A stretch of DNA of 64,000 bases from Candidatus Omnitrophota bacterium (GCA_015233195.1 JADFYE010000010.1:9869-73868); one strand, 5' to 3'. Positions 28,391 to 38,167 are shown, numbered from the stretch's first letter. Numbers and translations: made by a program. Notes: a model not told the origin generated them from the letters alone.

Positions 28391-28743
28391 TAATCAACCC
28401 AATTAACCGTCATGTTGATATCACGGGCAGAAGTTGCTGCATTAGCAGTAATAGTATACCTTACTGTAAAATTACCTATGGTATTTGTATAATAACCAGG
28501 ATTTAATGGACTTGTTGGATTTTCCGCAGCACACCAAGTACTAGCATCAACTGACGAACGTAATTTTGATAAAACATCTTTTGCCACATAAATCGCTTCA
28601 ATTTCTTTAGACGATGTTGTAGCTTTTGGACGAAGCATGGATACTGTACTGATAATACCTACAGCAGCGACTAAAAAAATCACAGCAGTGATAATTATCT
28701 CTACCATTGAAGCCACGCCGTCTTTTTTTAAAATCTTTAACAT
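28390..28743 (-). CDS. minor pseudopilin-like protein (PilV/GspI-like)
   Basis: 'GVASMVEIIITAVIFLVAAVGI' hydrophobic N-terminal helix with Glu. 117 aa. Confidence 0.5.
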   Translation of the reverse strand: MLKILKKDGVASMVEIIITAVIFLVAAVGIISTVSMLRPKATTSSKEIEAIYVAKDVLSKLRSSVDASTWCAAENPTSPLNPGYYTNTIGNFTVRYTITANAATSARDINMTVNWVD

Positions 28744-28764
28744 AACATTTTTAATCCAACCATA

Positions 28765-29190
28765 TTAATCCGGACAATTTGTTCCTGCACACGACGGATT
28801 ACGTGTTGCAAGTAAAGGCGAAGAATCAGTAACTTGAGTTTGATCCAACGTAAAATCACAAACACCAGCCGTAGTATACTTATAAGTTGCGTTATAAGTG
28901 GTTGTACTCGTATAATTATACATAAAATCCATATTTTTTATGCTTACTAAATTAATACTCATTCCTGGATTAACCACTGTCAAATTTCCACTACTATTAT
29001 AATAACGCCCCTGCTCTGCTCTCCAAATAGTATTTGCCCCGCTAAAAGCAATTAGCTGTGCTCTGGCTTGCCTGCACGCATTGTTACGTGTAGTTTTTTG
29101 ATATCCTGGAATAGAGATTGAAGCCAATATCCCAATGATCACGACTACAATCATTAATTCCATTAAAGTAAAACCAGATTTTTTTGTCAT
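28765..29190 (-). CDS. type IV pilin / GspG-like pseudopilin
   Basis: Canonical 'KSGFTLMELMIVVVIIGILASISIPGY' prepilin N-terminus (G/F cleavage site, Glu+5). Confidence 0.85.
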   Translation of the reverse strand: MTKKSGFTLMELMIVVVIIGILASISIPGYQKTTRNNACRQARAQLIAFSGANTIWRAEQGRYYNSSGNLTVVNPGMSINLVSIKNMDFMYNYTSTTTYNATYKYTTAGVCDFTLDQTQVTDSSPLLATRNPSCAGTNCPD

Positions 29191-29204
29191 TAAATCACTT
29201 ACTT

Positions 29205-29242
29205 TTTTTAAAAAAAGGGAGGGTAAAACCCTCCCTTTTTAA
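29205..29242 (-). terminator. Rho-independent terminator after the major pilin gene
   Basis: aaaagggaggg-(t)aaaa-ccctccctttt hairpin with T/A runs on both sides (bidirectional). Confidence 0.75.
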
Positions 29243-29252
29243 TTAAGCAGTA

Positions 29253-29669
29253 TTATTTTACACCAACAAATTTACTTGAGCCAAATCTCGTAACACCTGT
29301 TGAAGAAACAGTAAGAATAACTTTATCACCAGCGGTTCCACCATCAATAGTATTACGGGTTGCTGTAATAGTCATAGCACCAGCAGTATCCAAACCTGTA
29401 ACTGAATAGGTAAAATGCGTACCACCTGTTTTATCTGGATCTGCCATATCTAATTCGGATGTTGAACAAGATGCAGAAGCTCCTGTAGATAAAATACATC
29501 TTCCCAGAGAATCACGCAGAGAACCCATTACGTTCAAAGATTCAGAAGCGCGTGAAAATTCAACTGTACCAAACAACTTAGGTAATGCCAAACTTGCTAA
29601 AACACCTAAAATAATTACTACAATGATAATTTCCAATAATGTAAACCCTTTTTTACTATTAACCTTCAT
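29253..29669 (-). CDS. type IV pilin-like protein (probable major subunit)
   Basis: 'KKGFTLLEIIIVVIILGVLASLALPK'. Own promoter and terminator. Strong AAAGGAG SD. Confidence 0.85.
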   Translation of the reverse strand: MKVNSKKGFTLLEIIIVVIILGVLASLALPKLFGTVEFSRASESLNVMGSLRDSLGRCILSTGASASCSTSELDMADPDKTGGTHFTYSVTGLDTAGAMTITATRNTIDGGTAGDKVILTVSSTGVTRFGSSKFVGVK

Positions 29670-29714
29670 TTTAAAACTCCTTTCTTAATCTGCTTAATAA
29701 TTACTCCTATTTCA

Positions 29715-29743
29715 AATATACCATATCCCTTATACTCAGTCAA
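29715..29743 (-). promoter_or_regulatory. sigma70-like promoter for the major pilin gene
   Basis: Minus strand TTGACT (29743-29738), 17 nt, TATATT (29720-29715). Confidence 0.55.
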
Positions 29744-29770
29744 AAGCGAAAACATTTATTTCTTTCTTAT

Positions 29771-31006
29771 CTATATCCCTCCTGTTGACATTTTAAATAA
29801 TGGCAAGAACATAGCTATAACTATAGTACCAATTACAGCACCCATAAATACTATCATAGCCGGTTCAATTAGAGTCGAAACCCGTTTAATATAAGTTTCT
29901 ACCAATTCCTGATAATACTTTGAAACATGCTTCAACATTTTACTTAACTCTCCGGTTTCCTCTCCTACACTTATCAACTGCACGCACATAGCAGGAAAGA
30001 AACCACTTTTTTCCATAGGCGTTACTAACAATTCACCTTTTTTTACACCTTCTTTTATATTACGCACGATCTTCCCGCAAGTAATATTATCTACTAATTT
30101 TTCCGCAATATCCAAAGCTGCTAAAATCGGTACACCAGCCTCAATAAGAATCGCCATTTGTCCGGCAAAACGCTCTACAACAATCAAACGGAATATCTGA
30201 CCAATACTTGGAACTTTAAATAAAAATCTTTCAAACATTTCTTTGCCTTTATGCGTTTTTATAGACTGCAGAAATAAAAATATTGAAATAACTATTGCTC
30301 CAACGATATAAAAAAAATAATTACGCACAAACGCGAATGTCGCCAATAGTATTACAGTAATCAAAGGCAATTTAATACTCATCTGATTAAAAATCCCTTC
30401 AAAACGCGGTCCCACAAACAAAGCAAAAAAAGCAATAGCGCCGCAAGCCACGAAGAACAATAAAGCCGGATAAATAACGCTAGAAATAACTGTGCTACGG
30501 AACGCGTTCTGCTGGTCAAGATAAAAAGTCAATTTATTCAAAACCATTGGTAAAGTACCTGAAGCTTCACCAACCTCGACTAAACTAACCCAGAACTGGT
30601 TAAATGCTCGAGGATGTTTTGACAAAGCCTGACTCAAAGAAAGACCTTTTTCAACATCATTCTTAACTTTAGCTACTATATTCGATAAACGTTCGCTCTC
30701 AACTTGTCCGCTGATAACTTCCAAACTCCGCATCAAAGAAACCCCTGCCTCAAGCATGGTAGCTAACTGCCGAGCAAAAACTATCACGTCCTGAAGTTTA
30801 ATTTTTTTATGTTTATGCTTTATAGTAACCCGGTGTACTGGTCCGCCTCTTTTCTGCTGGGCTTGCATTGAAAATTCAGTGATACTTATAACAAAATAAC
30901 CCTGACGCTGCAGAAGGTCTGAAGCTGCTATACGATCAGACGCGTCAATAAAATTCTCGATTGACCGTCCATTTTTATCTTTGGCTATAAAACTAAAACG
31001 CGGCAA
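29771..31006 (-). CDS. type II secretion / type IV pilus platform protein (GspF/PilC family)
   Basis: 411 aa with two T2SSF repeats ('FARQLATMLEAGVSL', 'FAGQMAILIEAGVPIL') and 3 TM segments. Confidence 0.9.
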   Translation of the reverse strand: MPRFSFIAKDKNGRSIENFIDASDRIAASDLLQRQGYFVISITEFSMQAQQKRGGPVHRVTIKHKHKKIKLQDVIVFARQLATMLEAGVSLMRSLEVISGQVESERLSNIVAKVKNDVEKGLSLSQALSKHPRAFNQFWVSLVEVGEASGTLPMVLNKLTFYLDQQNAFRSTVISSVIYPALLFFVACGAIAFFALFVGPRFEGIFNQMSIKLPLITVILLATFAFVRNYFFYIVGAIVISIFLFLQSIKTHKGKEMFERFLFKVPSIGQIFRLIVVERFAGQMAILIEAGVPILAALDIAEKLVDNITCGKIVRNIKEGVKKGELLVTPMEKSGFFPAMCVQLISVGEETGELSKMLKHVSKYYQELVETYIKRVSTLIEPAMIVFMGAVIGTIVIAMFLPLFKMSTGGI

Positions 31007-31017
31007 TTTTAAACTCC

Positions 31018-32760
31018 TTAATCAACGCTTACGCAAACATTTCCGATTTCTTCAAAACTGGTAATACCTTTTTCAACTAATTTTAATCCTGAATCAAACA
31101 AAGTATCCATACCATTTTTACGCGCGGTATCTTTTATTTTCTGATATCCAGCGTTCTGGGCGATCAAAGACCGGATCTCTTCATTTACTTCAAGCACTTC
31201 ACCAATAACAATCCGACCTTTATATCCGGTATGATTACATAACTGGCAGCCTTTAGCTTTATATATCAAATCACTTTTGAATTTTATATTACCATGTGCG
31301 AGCGCGTCCGGCTCATACGCTTCTTTGCAATTCTGACACAGCCGTTTTGCCAGACGCTGAGCTAATATCATTACCATAGACGGAGTTAACAAATAATTCG
31401 GCACACCAATATCAATCAAACGGGAAATCGCAGACGGAGCATCATTAGTGTGGAGCGTACTCATGACAAAGTGACCAGTCAAAGCCGCGCGTACGCAGAT
31501 CTGCGCGGTTTCTAAATCCCGGGTTTCCCCGACCATCATGATATCCGGATCCTGACGCAAAAAAGCTTTCAAAGCTGTGGCAAAAGTCAAACCAATATCC
31601 GGCTTAACATTAACCTGATTTATCCCCTCTAATTTATACTCGACAGGATCTTCAACTGTAATAATATTTTTCCGAGGATCTCTGGTCTCATTAACTGCCG
31701 CGTATAATGTGGTGGATTTCCCGCTGCCAGTAGGTCCAGTTACAAAAAATAAACCATAAGGCATTTTCAACGCCTTTTTCATTATATCAACCTGCTTAGT
31801 ATCAAATCCTAACCCGGATAAAGCTAATGGGACTGAGCCTTTATCCAGAATACGCATTACCACTTTCTCACCCCAAATCGTCGGAATAGTCGAAACGCGA
31901 AGATCAACATTACGGTCTTCCAATTTCGCGGAAATCGCGCCATCTTGAGGCAAACGTTTTTCCGCTATATCCAACTTAGCCAAAATTTTGATCCTGGATA
32001 CTATGGGAAGTAGCAGATGCGGTGCTGGCGGCGGAAGATCTACCAAACTTCCGTCAATGCGGTAGCGCAATTTAATTTTATTTTCAAATGGTTCAATATG
32101 GATATCACTAGCTTTTTCATCTATAGCCTGACGGATAATAAGATCAACTAATTTTATGACCGGAGCTTCCCCTGCTTTGGCAATAAGCTTATCCATGCTC
32201 AATTCAGCAGAAGCAGTTTTAAATACTACTACGCCTTCATCAGAATCATCAGAATAAGAACTCTCAACCGCCCGGGTCAACATAGTTTGGTCAGAATTTA
32301 AATTAGCCGGAGATCCGTGATACAGCAGATTAATAGCTTTTTGGATTGAGCTCTTAGTAGCAATGACCAGATTCAGTTCACATCCAGTCATACGTTTTAA
32401 ATTATCAATCAAGAGTAAATCTAAAGGATCCGCAACAGCACACGTTAATGAATGCATATGTTTAGAAAGCGGCAGCGCGTCATTCTTACGGGCAAAACTT
32501 TCAGAAATTAATTTTTTTAAATCTTCTTTTTGGTCTTCAGAAGTAGTCAATAACTGCGGATTTTCAGACGAGTAAAACGGTATAGCTAACTGCGTACCAA
32601 TAGCTTGGGTCATGTTCTCTTCTGTAACAAAACCTAACCTGACCAAAGTTTCACCAATACGAGTTTTCTCTACTTTTTGAACCTGAATGGCTTTATCTAA
32701 CTGCTCCTGCGTGATAAAGCCCTGCTTTATCAAAATCTCGCCTAATTTTAAACGCATCAT
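31018..32760 (-). CDS. GspE/PilB-family assembly ATPase with N-terminal MshEN domain
   Basis: Walker A 'GPTGSGKSTT', 'DPDIMMVGETRD' and His box 'TLHTNDA'. Tetracysteine 'CQNC...CQLC'. N-terminal tandem 24-aa MshEN motifs. Confidence 0.92.
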   Translation of the reverse strand: MMRLKLGEILIKQGFITQEQLDKAIQVQKVEKTRIGETLVRLGFVTEENMTQAIGTQLAIPFYSSENPQLLTTSEDQKEDLKKLISESFARKNDALPLSKHMHSLTCAVADPLDLLLIDNLKRMTGCELNLVIATKSSIQKAINLLYHGSPANLNSDQTMLTRAVESSYSDDSDEGVVVFKTASAELSMDKLIAKAGEAPVIKLVDLIIRQAIDEKASDIHIEPFENKIKLRYRIDGSLVDLPPPAPHLLLPIVSRIKILAKLDIAEKRLPQDGAISAKLEDRNVDLRVSTIPTIWGEKVVMRILDKGSVPLALSGLGFDTKQVDIMKKALKMPYGLFFVTGPTGSGKSTTLYAAVNETRDPRKNIITVEDPVEYKLEGINQVNVKPDIGLTFATALKAFLRQDPDIMMVGETRDLETAQICVRAALTGHFVMSTLHTNDAPSAISRLIDIGVPNYLLTPSMVMILAQRLAKRLCQNCKEAYEPDALAHGNIKFKSDLIYKAKGCQLCNHTGYKGRIVIGEVLEVNEEIRSLIAQNAGYQKIKDTARKNGMDTLFDSGLKLVEKGITSFEEIGNVCVSVD

Positions 32761-34304
32761 TTTTGATCGCCTAATTTCTCAACCATTGAAAGTTCATGAT
32801 TAATATAATCCATTTGACTTGAAGGAATATCCTGTTCCCTTACTAATTGATTATATTTTACACCCTGAAGCGCAACATTACTATCTTTCATAATATGCGG
32901 AGTCAAAAATATTACCAATTCCCGCTCCTGAACTTTTTCATCTTTATGCCTAAATGCAGCGCCAACTATTGGCAGTTTGGATAATACCGGCACATTAGTC
33001 TTAGTTTTCTTTGTATCTTTTCGCAGTAACCCGCCTAAAACAATAGTATCTCCATCTTTAACTCTTAAAGTTGATTTTGTACCACGTTCTTCCGGATCTC
33101 TAAATTCAAAAATTTGATTAGCTTGCCCTCCAACAGAAGTAGTTAAAGTATTAGGAATGGTCTGAACTACCCGAGGACGTATTGACATAGTTATCTCATT
33201 TAAATCAAGATTAACTTGCGGTGTAACTCTTAACGAAACTCCGGTTTCATACCGTTCAGCAGTAACTGAGGTAAGAGTTCCACTGCTACCACTGCCAGAA
33301 GAACTACTATTTGAATTTACACCAATAGATTCTTGAGTAGTAATTTTAATTTCAGCAGTTTCATTATTTAAAGTCATTATCCTTGGTCTGGCTAAAGTTT
33401 GAGTATCAGAACAAGTACGTAAAAAATTTATAGCAGCGCCTAGTCCATCAAAATTTTGAACGCCGGATGTAAACCGCGGCGTTACATAAGTAAATTTATC
33501 TCCATCTTGAGAAAACGGCCACGGCATTTGTTGATTAGCGCCATGAAATGTCATAGGCGTATCTCCCCACTTAACCCCCAACAAATCTGAGTTAGATTTA
33601 GAAATATCTAATATCTCAGCTTCAATTAATAACTGGGATACCGGCACATCCAATTTTGCAATGGTCTGATCAATTAACGGAAATTGTGACGGCAAATCCG
33701 AAACTATTAAACTGTTAGTCCGAGGATCCTGCGCTATAGAACCATCCTTGGTCAGCATGGATTTAATAATGGTTACGATATCCGAATTTTCTTTTGCGCC
33801 AGGGCTGGAATCGCTGTCAGAAGAACTGCTGCTTGAACTACCGGTCCCATCATCTTTCTTTATTTCATAAGTCTTATTTATTTTTGAAGCGGGAATAATC
33901 GCGTTCTTTAATGTATAAACTTTAGTAATAACAGATTTATCTGGTTTAGGAACAGTTTGAACAATAAAAATATTACTGCCAGGTTTTAATTCATACGTTA
34001 ACCCATTAGCAGCTAAAATCCGTTCCAACGCCTGTTCAACTGGAACTTTATCCAGAAAAATATCCACAGTTTTTTCAGCAATAGTAGAATCTGCTATAAA
34101 ATTCATACCTGATTGCTGAGAAAAAACTTTCAGCACGTCATTCAGATTTGCTTTCTTAAAATCCATAGAAATGGTTTTAGACGAGTCAAACTCCATCAAA
34201 CGCTTAATGTCTTCGTCCACTTCGTAGTATGACGCTTTAGCAAACGACGACCACATCGCAACAATCGCGATCGCAAATAAAAATGTTCTTTTATTGAATA
34301 TCAT
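32757..34304 (-). CDS. secretin (GspD/PilQ family)
   Basis: Signal peptide, N-domains and secretin C-domain: 'RPRIMTLNNETAEI', 'GDTIVLGGLL', 'VPVLSKLPIVGAAFR' and 'ELVIFLTPHI'. Confidence 0.9.
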   Translation of the reverse strand: MIFNKRTFLFAIAIVAMWSSFAKASYYEVDEDIKRLMEFDSSKTISMDFKKANLNDVLKVFSQQSGMNFIADSTIAEKTVDIFLDKVPVEQALERILAANGLTYELKPGSNIFIVQTVPKPDKSVITKVYTLKNAIIPASKINKTYEIKKDDGTGSSSSSSSDSDSSPGAKENSDIVTIIKSMLTKDGSIAQDPRTNSLIVSDLPSQFPLIDQTIAKLDVPVSQLLIEAEILDISKSNSDLLGVKWGDTPMTFHGANQQMPWPFSQDGDKFTYVTPRFTSGVQNFDGLGAAINFLRTCSDTQTLARPRIMTLNNETAEIKITTQESIGVNSNSSSSGSGSSGTLTSVTAERYETGVSLRVTPQVNLDLNEITMSIRPRVVQTIPNTLTTSVGGQANQIFEFRDPEERGTKSTLRVKDGDTIVLGGLLRKDTKKTKTNVPVLSKLPIVGAAFRHKDEKVQERELVIFLTPHIMKDSNVALQGVKYNQLVREQDIPSSQMDYINHELSMVEKLGDQK

Positions 34305-34370
34305 ATTCTCTCCTGTTTTTAAAGTGCCCCCCGGCCCTTATTCACTTAAAAAACTATTAAACCAAAAAAT

Positions 34371-34850
34371 TTATTTAATTATATGGTTTTCGCCCTGGAA
34401 AGAGACTTCTACTCCCTCCCGGGTTATAGATAATATTTTAATTGTCGTGTCTTGCGCCTGTTCTTGATTCCCGCCTTCAGGCGCTTGATTATTACTATCA
34501 AATTTAAACGGTAAAATATCGCCTTCTTTATAAACTTGGTCATCAATTATCGCTTGCGGCATGTCAGAATTCCAAACCAGACCTTTTACTTTAAAACTCG
34601 GCAAACTTAATTTTTTAGGCGGCACTTCTGGCTGCTCAGTTGTCGTCTGATTTTGCGAATTATTATTATTATTCGCAACCGGCTCTCCTACTTGCCTGTT
34701 TTGTTGATAATTAGACTCCTGCTTTGTAGGCTCAGGCAAAGGCATTTGTATTTCAAATGGATCCCGTTCAAACTCGGTTTCTTCAGCATAAACCACGCTG
34801 AAAAAAACCAGCATAAACACCAATATTATCGAAAAGATATATTTATTCAT
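34371..34850 (-). CDS. PilP-like periplasmic protein
   Basis: Signal peptide, 'RDPF' motif, N/Q-rich linker and a C-terminal beta domain ('VKGLVWNSDMPQAIIDDQVYKEGD'). Sits between PilO-like and secretin genes. Confidence 0.5.
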   Translation of the reverse strand: MNKYIFSIILVFMLVFFSVVYAEETEFERDPFEIQMPLPEPTKQESNYQQNRQVGEPVANNNNNSQNQTTTEQPEVPPKKLSLPSFKVKGLVWNSDMPQAIIDDQVYKEGDILPFKFDSNNQAPEGGNQEQAQDTTIKILSITREGVEVSFQGENHIIK

Positions 34851-35436
34851 TTTTCAATACAATGGTTTTTATTGAAACTTGCGCCCGGATAAATGACGAA
34901 TTTTCTTTAGACTTATTTTCATAATTAACCGGCATCACGTTGATATCATCTACCATTATTGCGAATTCAGTATTTTCTAACCCTTTAATAAACTCTCCTA
35001 AATTTTTATATCTCGCAGCCGTAACCTCAATCCGCATAGAATAAAAATAATGATAGGTACTGTCAGCTTTTTGACCAGGAGACAAACTGCTTATCTCAAT
35101 ACCATTTTTTAACGCAATACTGGATATAAGCGCGGTAAGCTGGTCAGAATCACACGCTTTAGGAAAACTTCCCTTAATATCACTTTGTTTTTTTTCGCTG
35201 CTCTTAATCTGATTTACCAAATCCAGCTTAGACTTTCCCTCTGATATCTTTACCTTTATTCCCTGGATCTCTTGTTTGGGTCCAGTACTAAAATTTATAC
35301 AAATAATAATCGTAGCTATAGTCACCAAAACATTAACTATAATATCCGGGCGTCGTCTAACAAATTCCTTTAGAAACAACGGATCCATATCTTTAAAATC
35401 ATCCAATTGAATCTGTTTTAATTGTTTTAAGTCCAT
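34843..35436 (-). CDS. PilO-like pilus assembly protein
   Basis: Single TM, then coiled-coil and a ferredoxin-like C-terminus. Position in the pilMNOPQ order. Confidence 0.5.
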   Translation of the reverse strand: MDLKQLKQIQLDDFKDMDPLFLKEFVRRRPDIIVNVLVTIATIIICINFSTGPKQEIQGIKVKISEGKSKLDLVNQIKSSEKKQSDIKGSFPKACDSDQLTALISSIALKNGIEISSLSPGQKADSTYHYFYSMRIEVTAARYKNLGEFIKGLENTEFAIMVDDINVMPVNYENKSKENSSFIRAQVSIKTIVLKNE

Positions 35437-35440
35437 AAGT

Positions 35441-36985
35441 TTATCTGAGCTTTACAGAAAAAGCTGTTACTTTATGTCCATTAATATCTCGTGAAGTCAT
35501 ATCTTCCCTATATATGTCTTCTGGTTTATAAAAATTCTTTAGTTTAGAATTTTTCCTTAAATTATCCAAAAATTCCGCGATCAAATTTATCTGATTTGAA
35601 GCAACTTCATCATACGCATATCCGCTCAACGCTATATTTGGTGATTTTTTTTTCGAAGCGGAATCTTTTGAATCAAAAGAATTATTTTGCGAATAAGCAA
35701 CAGAAAAATTAGTAAGCCAAATTCCTTTAGCTGGTAAAGCTGCAGGTACAGCATTTATAAAATACGCGACTTTGCTTTTTGAAGGAACCAGCTCTAAACC
35801 TTTAACCTTTTCTTCAATAGTCGTTTTCTTCGTCTTAAGATCTTCAATGCTACTGCTATTATAAAGACCTAATTTTCCACTAATACTTTTAAATTCAGCT
35901 CGTGCCTGCTCTAACGGTATTTGCTGCGCCAGTCTAACTATAAAACAAATTACTACCGCGATCACAATAAAAATTCCCATCAAAATATAATTAGGCGGTT
36001 TAATAGCATTAAAATCAAATTTTACAACATCTTTTTTGGTCTCTATTTCTTTTATGGCTAGATTAAACGCGGCTGGCAATACCACATCCAAACAACTGCC
36101 CATAGCTTTTAAAAACGCGGTATTATCGACGATCTGATTTTCAATTAAAGTCCGGGATTTACACTCAGTTACCGCTATACCCAAATCCGTAGTTAACGCA
36201 GTCTGCAACTGCGCTTCTTCAGCCGACGATATAAGCACTGCTTCTTTTACGGTTATGCTGTTTTCTTGACGAGCAAAATAATCCAGAGATACCCTGGTTT
36301 CATTAATAAATTTCTGGGTATAATCTCCTTTATCCGGAGTGCCTGCAGCAACTTGAAAATCGCGCACAAATAAAGGCAGCCCTTTATCTACTACAGTAAT
36401 TTTTCCGCCGGTACCTTCATGTTCTATCAATGCCACGGTCTTATCCATGGTGATTTTATTTTTAAACGCCAAGATTTTCAGCAAACTATTTACCGACGGT
36501 TCGGTAATATTTATATTTATCCCGATCTTATGGAACAGGTTTTCATATTTCTGCAAAGTTGAATAACGGATGGCTACGAATATTACTTGAATTTTTTTCA
36601 TGCCCCCGAGATTTATCGGGTTCCAATGATAAACATTCCGTAATTCTTCGATCCGGAAAGGAATATATTTATTTACCTCGAATTGAATAACCCCTTCCAA
36701 TTCATTCGGCTGCATCCAAGGCACAATAAAAGACCGGAAAATAATATCTTTTCCCGGTAAAGACAAATTAGCTTCTTTGGTTGTAATATGATGTTCAGCT
36801 AAAGCGGTGTTGATTTTATTGGCAAGATTATTTGACGGTGCTAAAAATTGATTAGTCTCAAACTCATTAAAATCGTCTTGAGATAATTCAATAGAAAATG
36901 ACTGTTCCAATCTTCCGTCGAAAACTTCAGCAAAATAGACAGAATCATGGCTAAAATATACGCCTAGTTGTTTTTTCTCCCCCAT
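35441..36985 (-). CDS. PilM-PilN-like fusion (actin-like ATPase domain + TM + periplasmic domain)
   Basis: The N-terminal ~330 aa resembles PilM. TM 'YILMGIFIVIAVVICFIV' at about residue 335. C-terminal periplasmic part. Confidence 0.6.
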   Translation of the reverse strand: MGEKKQLGVYFSHDSVYFAEVFDGRLEQSFSIELSQDDFNEFETNQFLAPSNNLANKINTALAEHHITTKEANLSLPGKDIIFRSFIVPWMQPNELEGVIQFEVNKYIPFRIEELRNVYHWNPINLGGMKKIQVIFVAIRYSTLQKYENLFHKIGININITEPSVNSLLKILAFKNKITMDKTVALIEHEGTGGKITVVDKGLPLFVRDFQVAAGTPDKGDYTQKFINETRVSLDYFARQENSITVKEAVLISSAEEAQLQTALTTDLGIAVTECKSRTLIENQIVDNTAFLKAMGSCLDVVLPAAFNLAIKEIETKKDVVKFDFNAIKPPNYILMGIFIVIAVVICFIVRLAQQIPLEQARAEFKSISGKLGLYNSSSIEDLKTKKTTIEEKVKGLELVPSKSKVAYFINAVPAALPAKGIWLTNFSVAYSQNNSFDSKDSASKKKSPNIALSGYAYDEVASNQINLIAEFLDNLRKNSKLKNFYKPEDIYREDMTSRDINGHKVTAFSVKLR

Positions 36986-36998
36986 AGTTCATTCCCCG

Positions 36999-37032
36999 AA
37001 TTTCAAACCTAAATATATATAAGTTTGAAATT
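36999..37032. promoter_or_regulatory. 10-bp perfect inverted repeat upstream of pilMN-like gene
   Basis: aatttcaaac-N14-gtttgaaatt, 14 nt upstream of the ATG at 36985. Confidence 0.35.
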
Positions 37033-37111
37033 GCAATTTTATTGTATGTGAAAGAATAAGTTACGTCTATAGTATTTTAAAAATTTTTACTTATGTTTTT
37101 ATTTGCCAAGT

Positions 37112-37516
37112 TTAATTCGCATCACAAGTTACTGATAATGGACAAGTGCCGTCTATTGCACTAGCCCCGACACATGGTGAACCAACTGCTGGTGGCGCCT
37201 GCTTCTGCACCATAATGTTATACGTCAAGTTATCCATAGTAACTGTATAAGCTTTGCAGTAATCAAATCCACTAGGACAAGGGCTTGGCGATGTAGCAGG
37301 AAGACCTTTATTTGCATACTCAGACAAAAATGAATTCAAAATCCCTTCGCTTAATATCTCACACTTTAGTTTTTTGGTCTCTTCTTTACTTACCACACTT
37401 TGACTTACATTCATACTTATAATACTTACTACTAATATCATCATTACCGCAATAATAATCACTACAGTAATCAACACAATCCCTGACTCTTTTCCAATTT
37501 TTCTGAACATAGCCAC
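37112..37516 (-). CDS. PilX/GspK-N-like pseudopilin candidate, Cys-rich C-terminus
   Basis: 'GIVLITVVIIIAVMMILVVSIISMNV' N-terminal helix. Six Cys in the C-terminal half. Confidence 0.4.
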   Translation of the reverse strand: MAMFRKIGKESGIVLITVVIIIAVMMILVVSIISMNVSQSVVSKEETKKLKCEILSEGILNSFLSEYANKGLPATSPSPCPSGFDYCKAYTVTMDNLTYNIMVQKQAPPAVGSPCVGASAIDGTCPLSVTCDAN

Positions 37517-37523
37517 ACTCCTA

Positions 37524-37754
37524 TTAAGCCCGAACGTTAATGTAACATTCGCATTGCGGACAACGGGTTAAGGTTTCTGTGTTTCTTTCCCGTATAAAAA
37601 ATACCTGACCACAATATTCACATTGACAAAAATCCCGCACCACCTTCGTATATTGCCTCTTTCTTAAAGTATAGGATAGAGCAAAAATAAATACAAGCAG
37701 TAATATGAAAAATATCAGCCCGGAAATAGCCCAGTCTATCGAAACGCTTATCAT
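37524..37754 (-). CDS. small membrane-anchored zinc-ribbon protein
   Basis: One TM, then 'CQCEYCG...CPQCEC' (CxxC x2). Confidence 0.45.
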   Translation of the reverse strand: MISVSIDWAISGLIFFILLLVFIFALSYTLRKRQYTKVVRDFCQCEYCGQVFFIRERNTETLTRCPQCECYINVRA

Positions 37755-38164
37755 CGCGTATCCAAACGTAAAGGTTTATATGTTTCAAATGTTATGCCGC
37801 TTATATCCGCCTTATTTATATTATCCGCATTATCAACTCCCAGCTTTTTCCCCTTAAACAAAGTTACGGCAGAAACTACTGTTCCAGACTGCGCCACTGA
37901 CTTTTTTTTAAGCGCAGGCAGCTTATCCAGCGGCGCAGGTTGAACAAAAGCAGAAGACTTAGAAATCACCTCAATATCTTCTACCCCTTTAGAAGTTTTT
38001 ATTACTGTATTCTTGGAATCTAAAAACCCTCCTATTGCTATTAAAGTAGGCTGGGCGTCCTGGACTTTATATGGAATATTAATTGAAAATAGACTTGAAA
38101 ATAAAATATGCGTGATCAATGCTATGACCAAAGCGCTATAAATAAAATTTTTTGTTCTTATCAT
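37751..38164 (-). CDS. membrane-anchored protein in the TonB/TolA position
   Basis: N-terminal TM. Follows the ExbB/ExbD-like genes with 4-nt coupling. No recognisable TonB C-terminal motif. Confidence 0.3.
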   Translation of the reverse strand: MIRTKNFIYSALVIALITHILFSSLFSINIPYKVQDAQPTLIAIGGFLDSKNTVIKTSKGVEDIEVISKSSAFVQPAPLDKLPALKKKSVAQSGTVVSAVTLFKGKKLGVDNADNINKADISGITFETYKPLRLDTR

Positions 38165-38167
38165 ATT

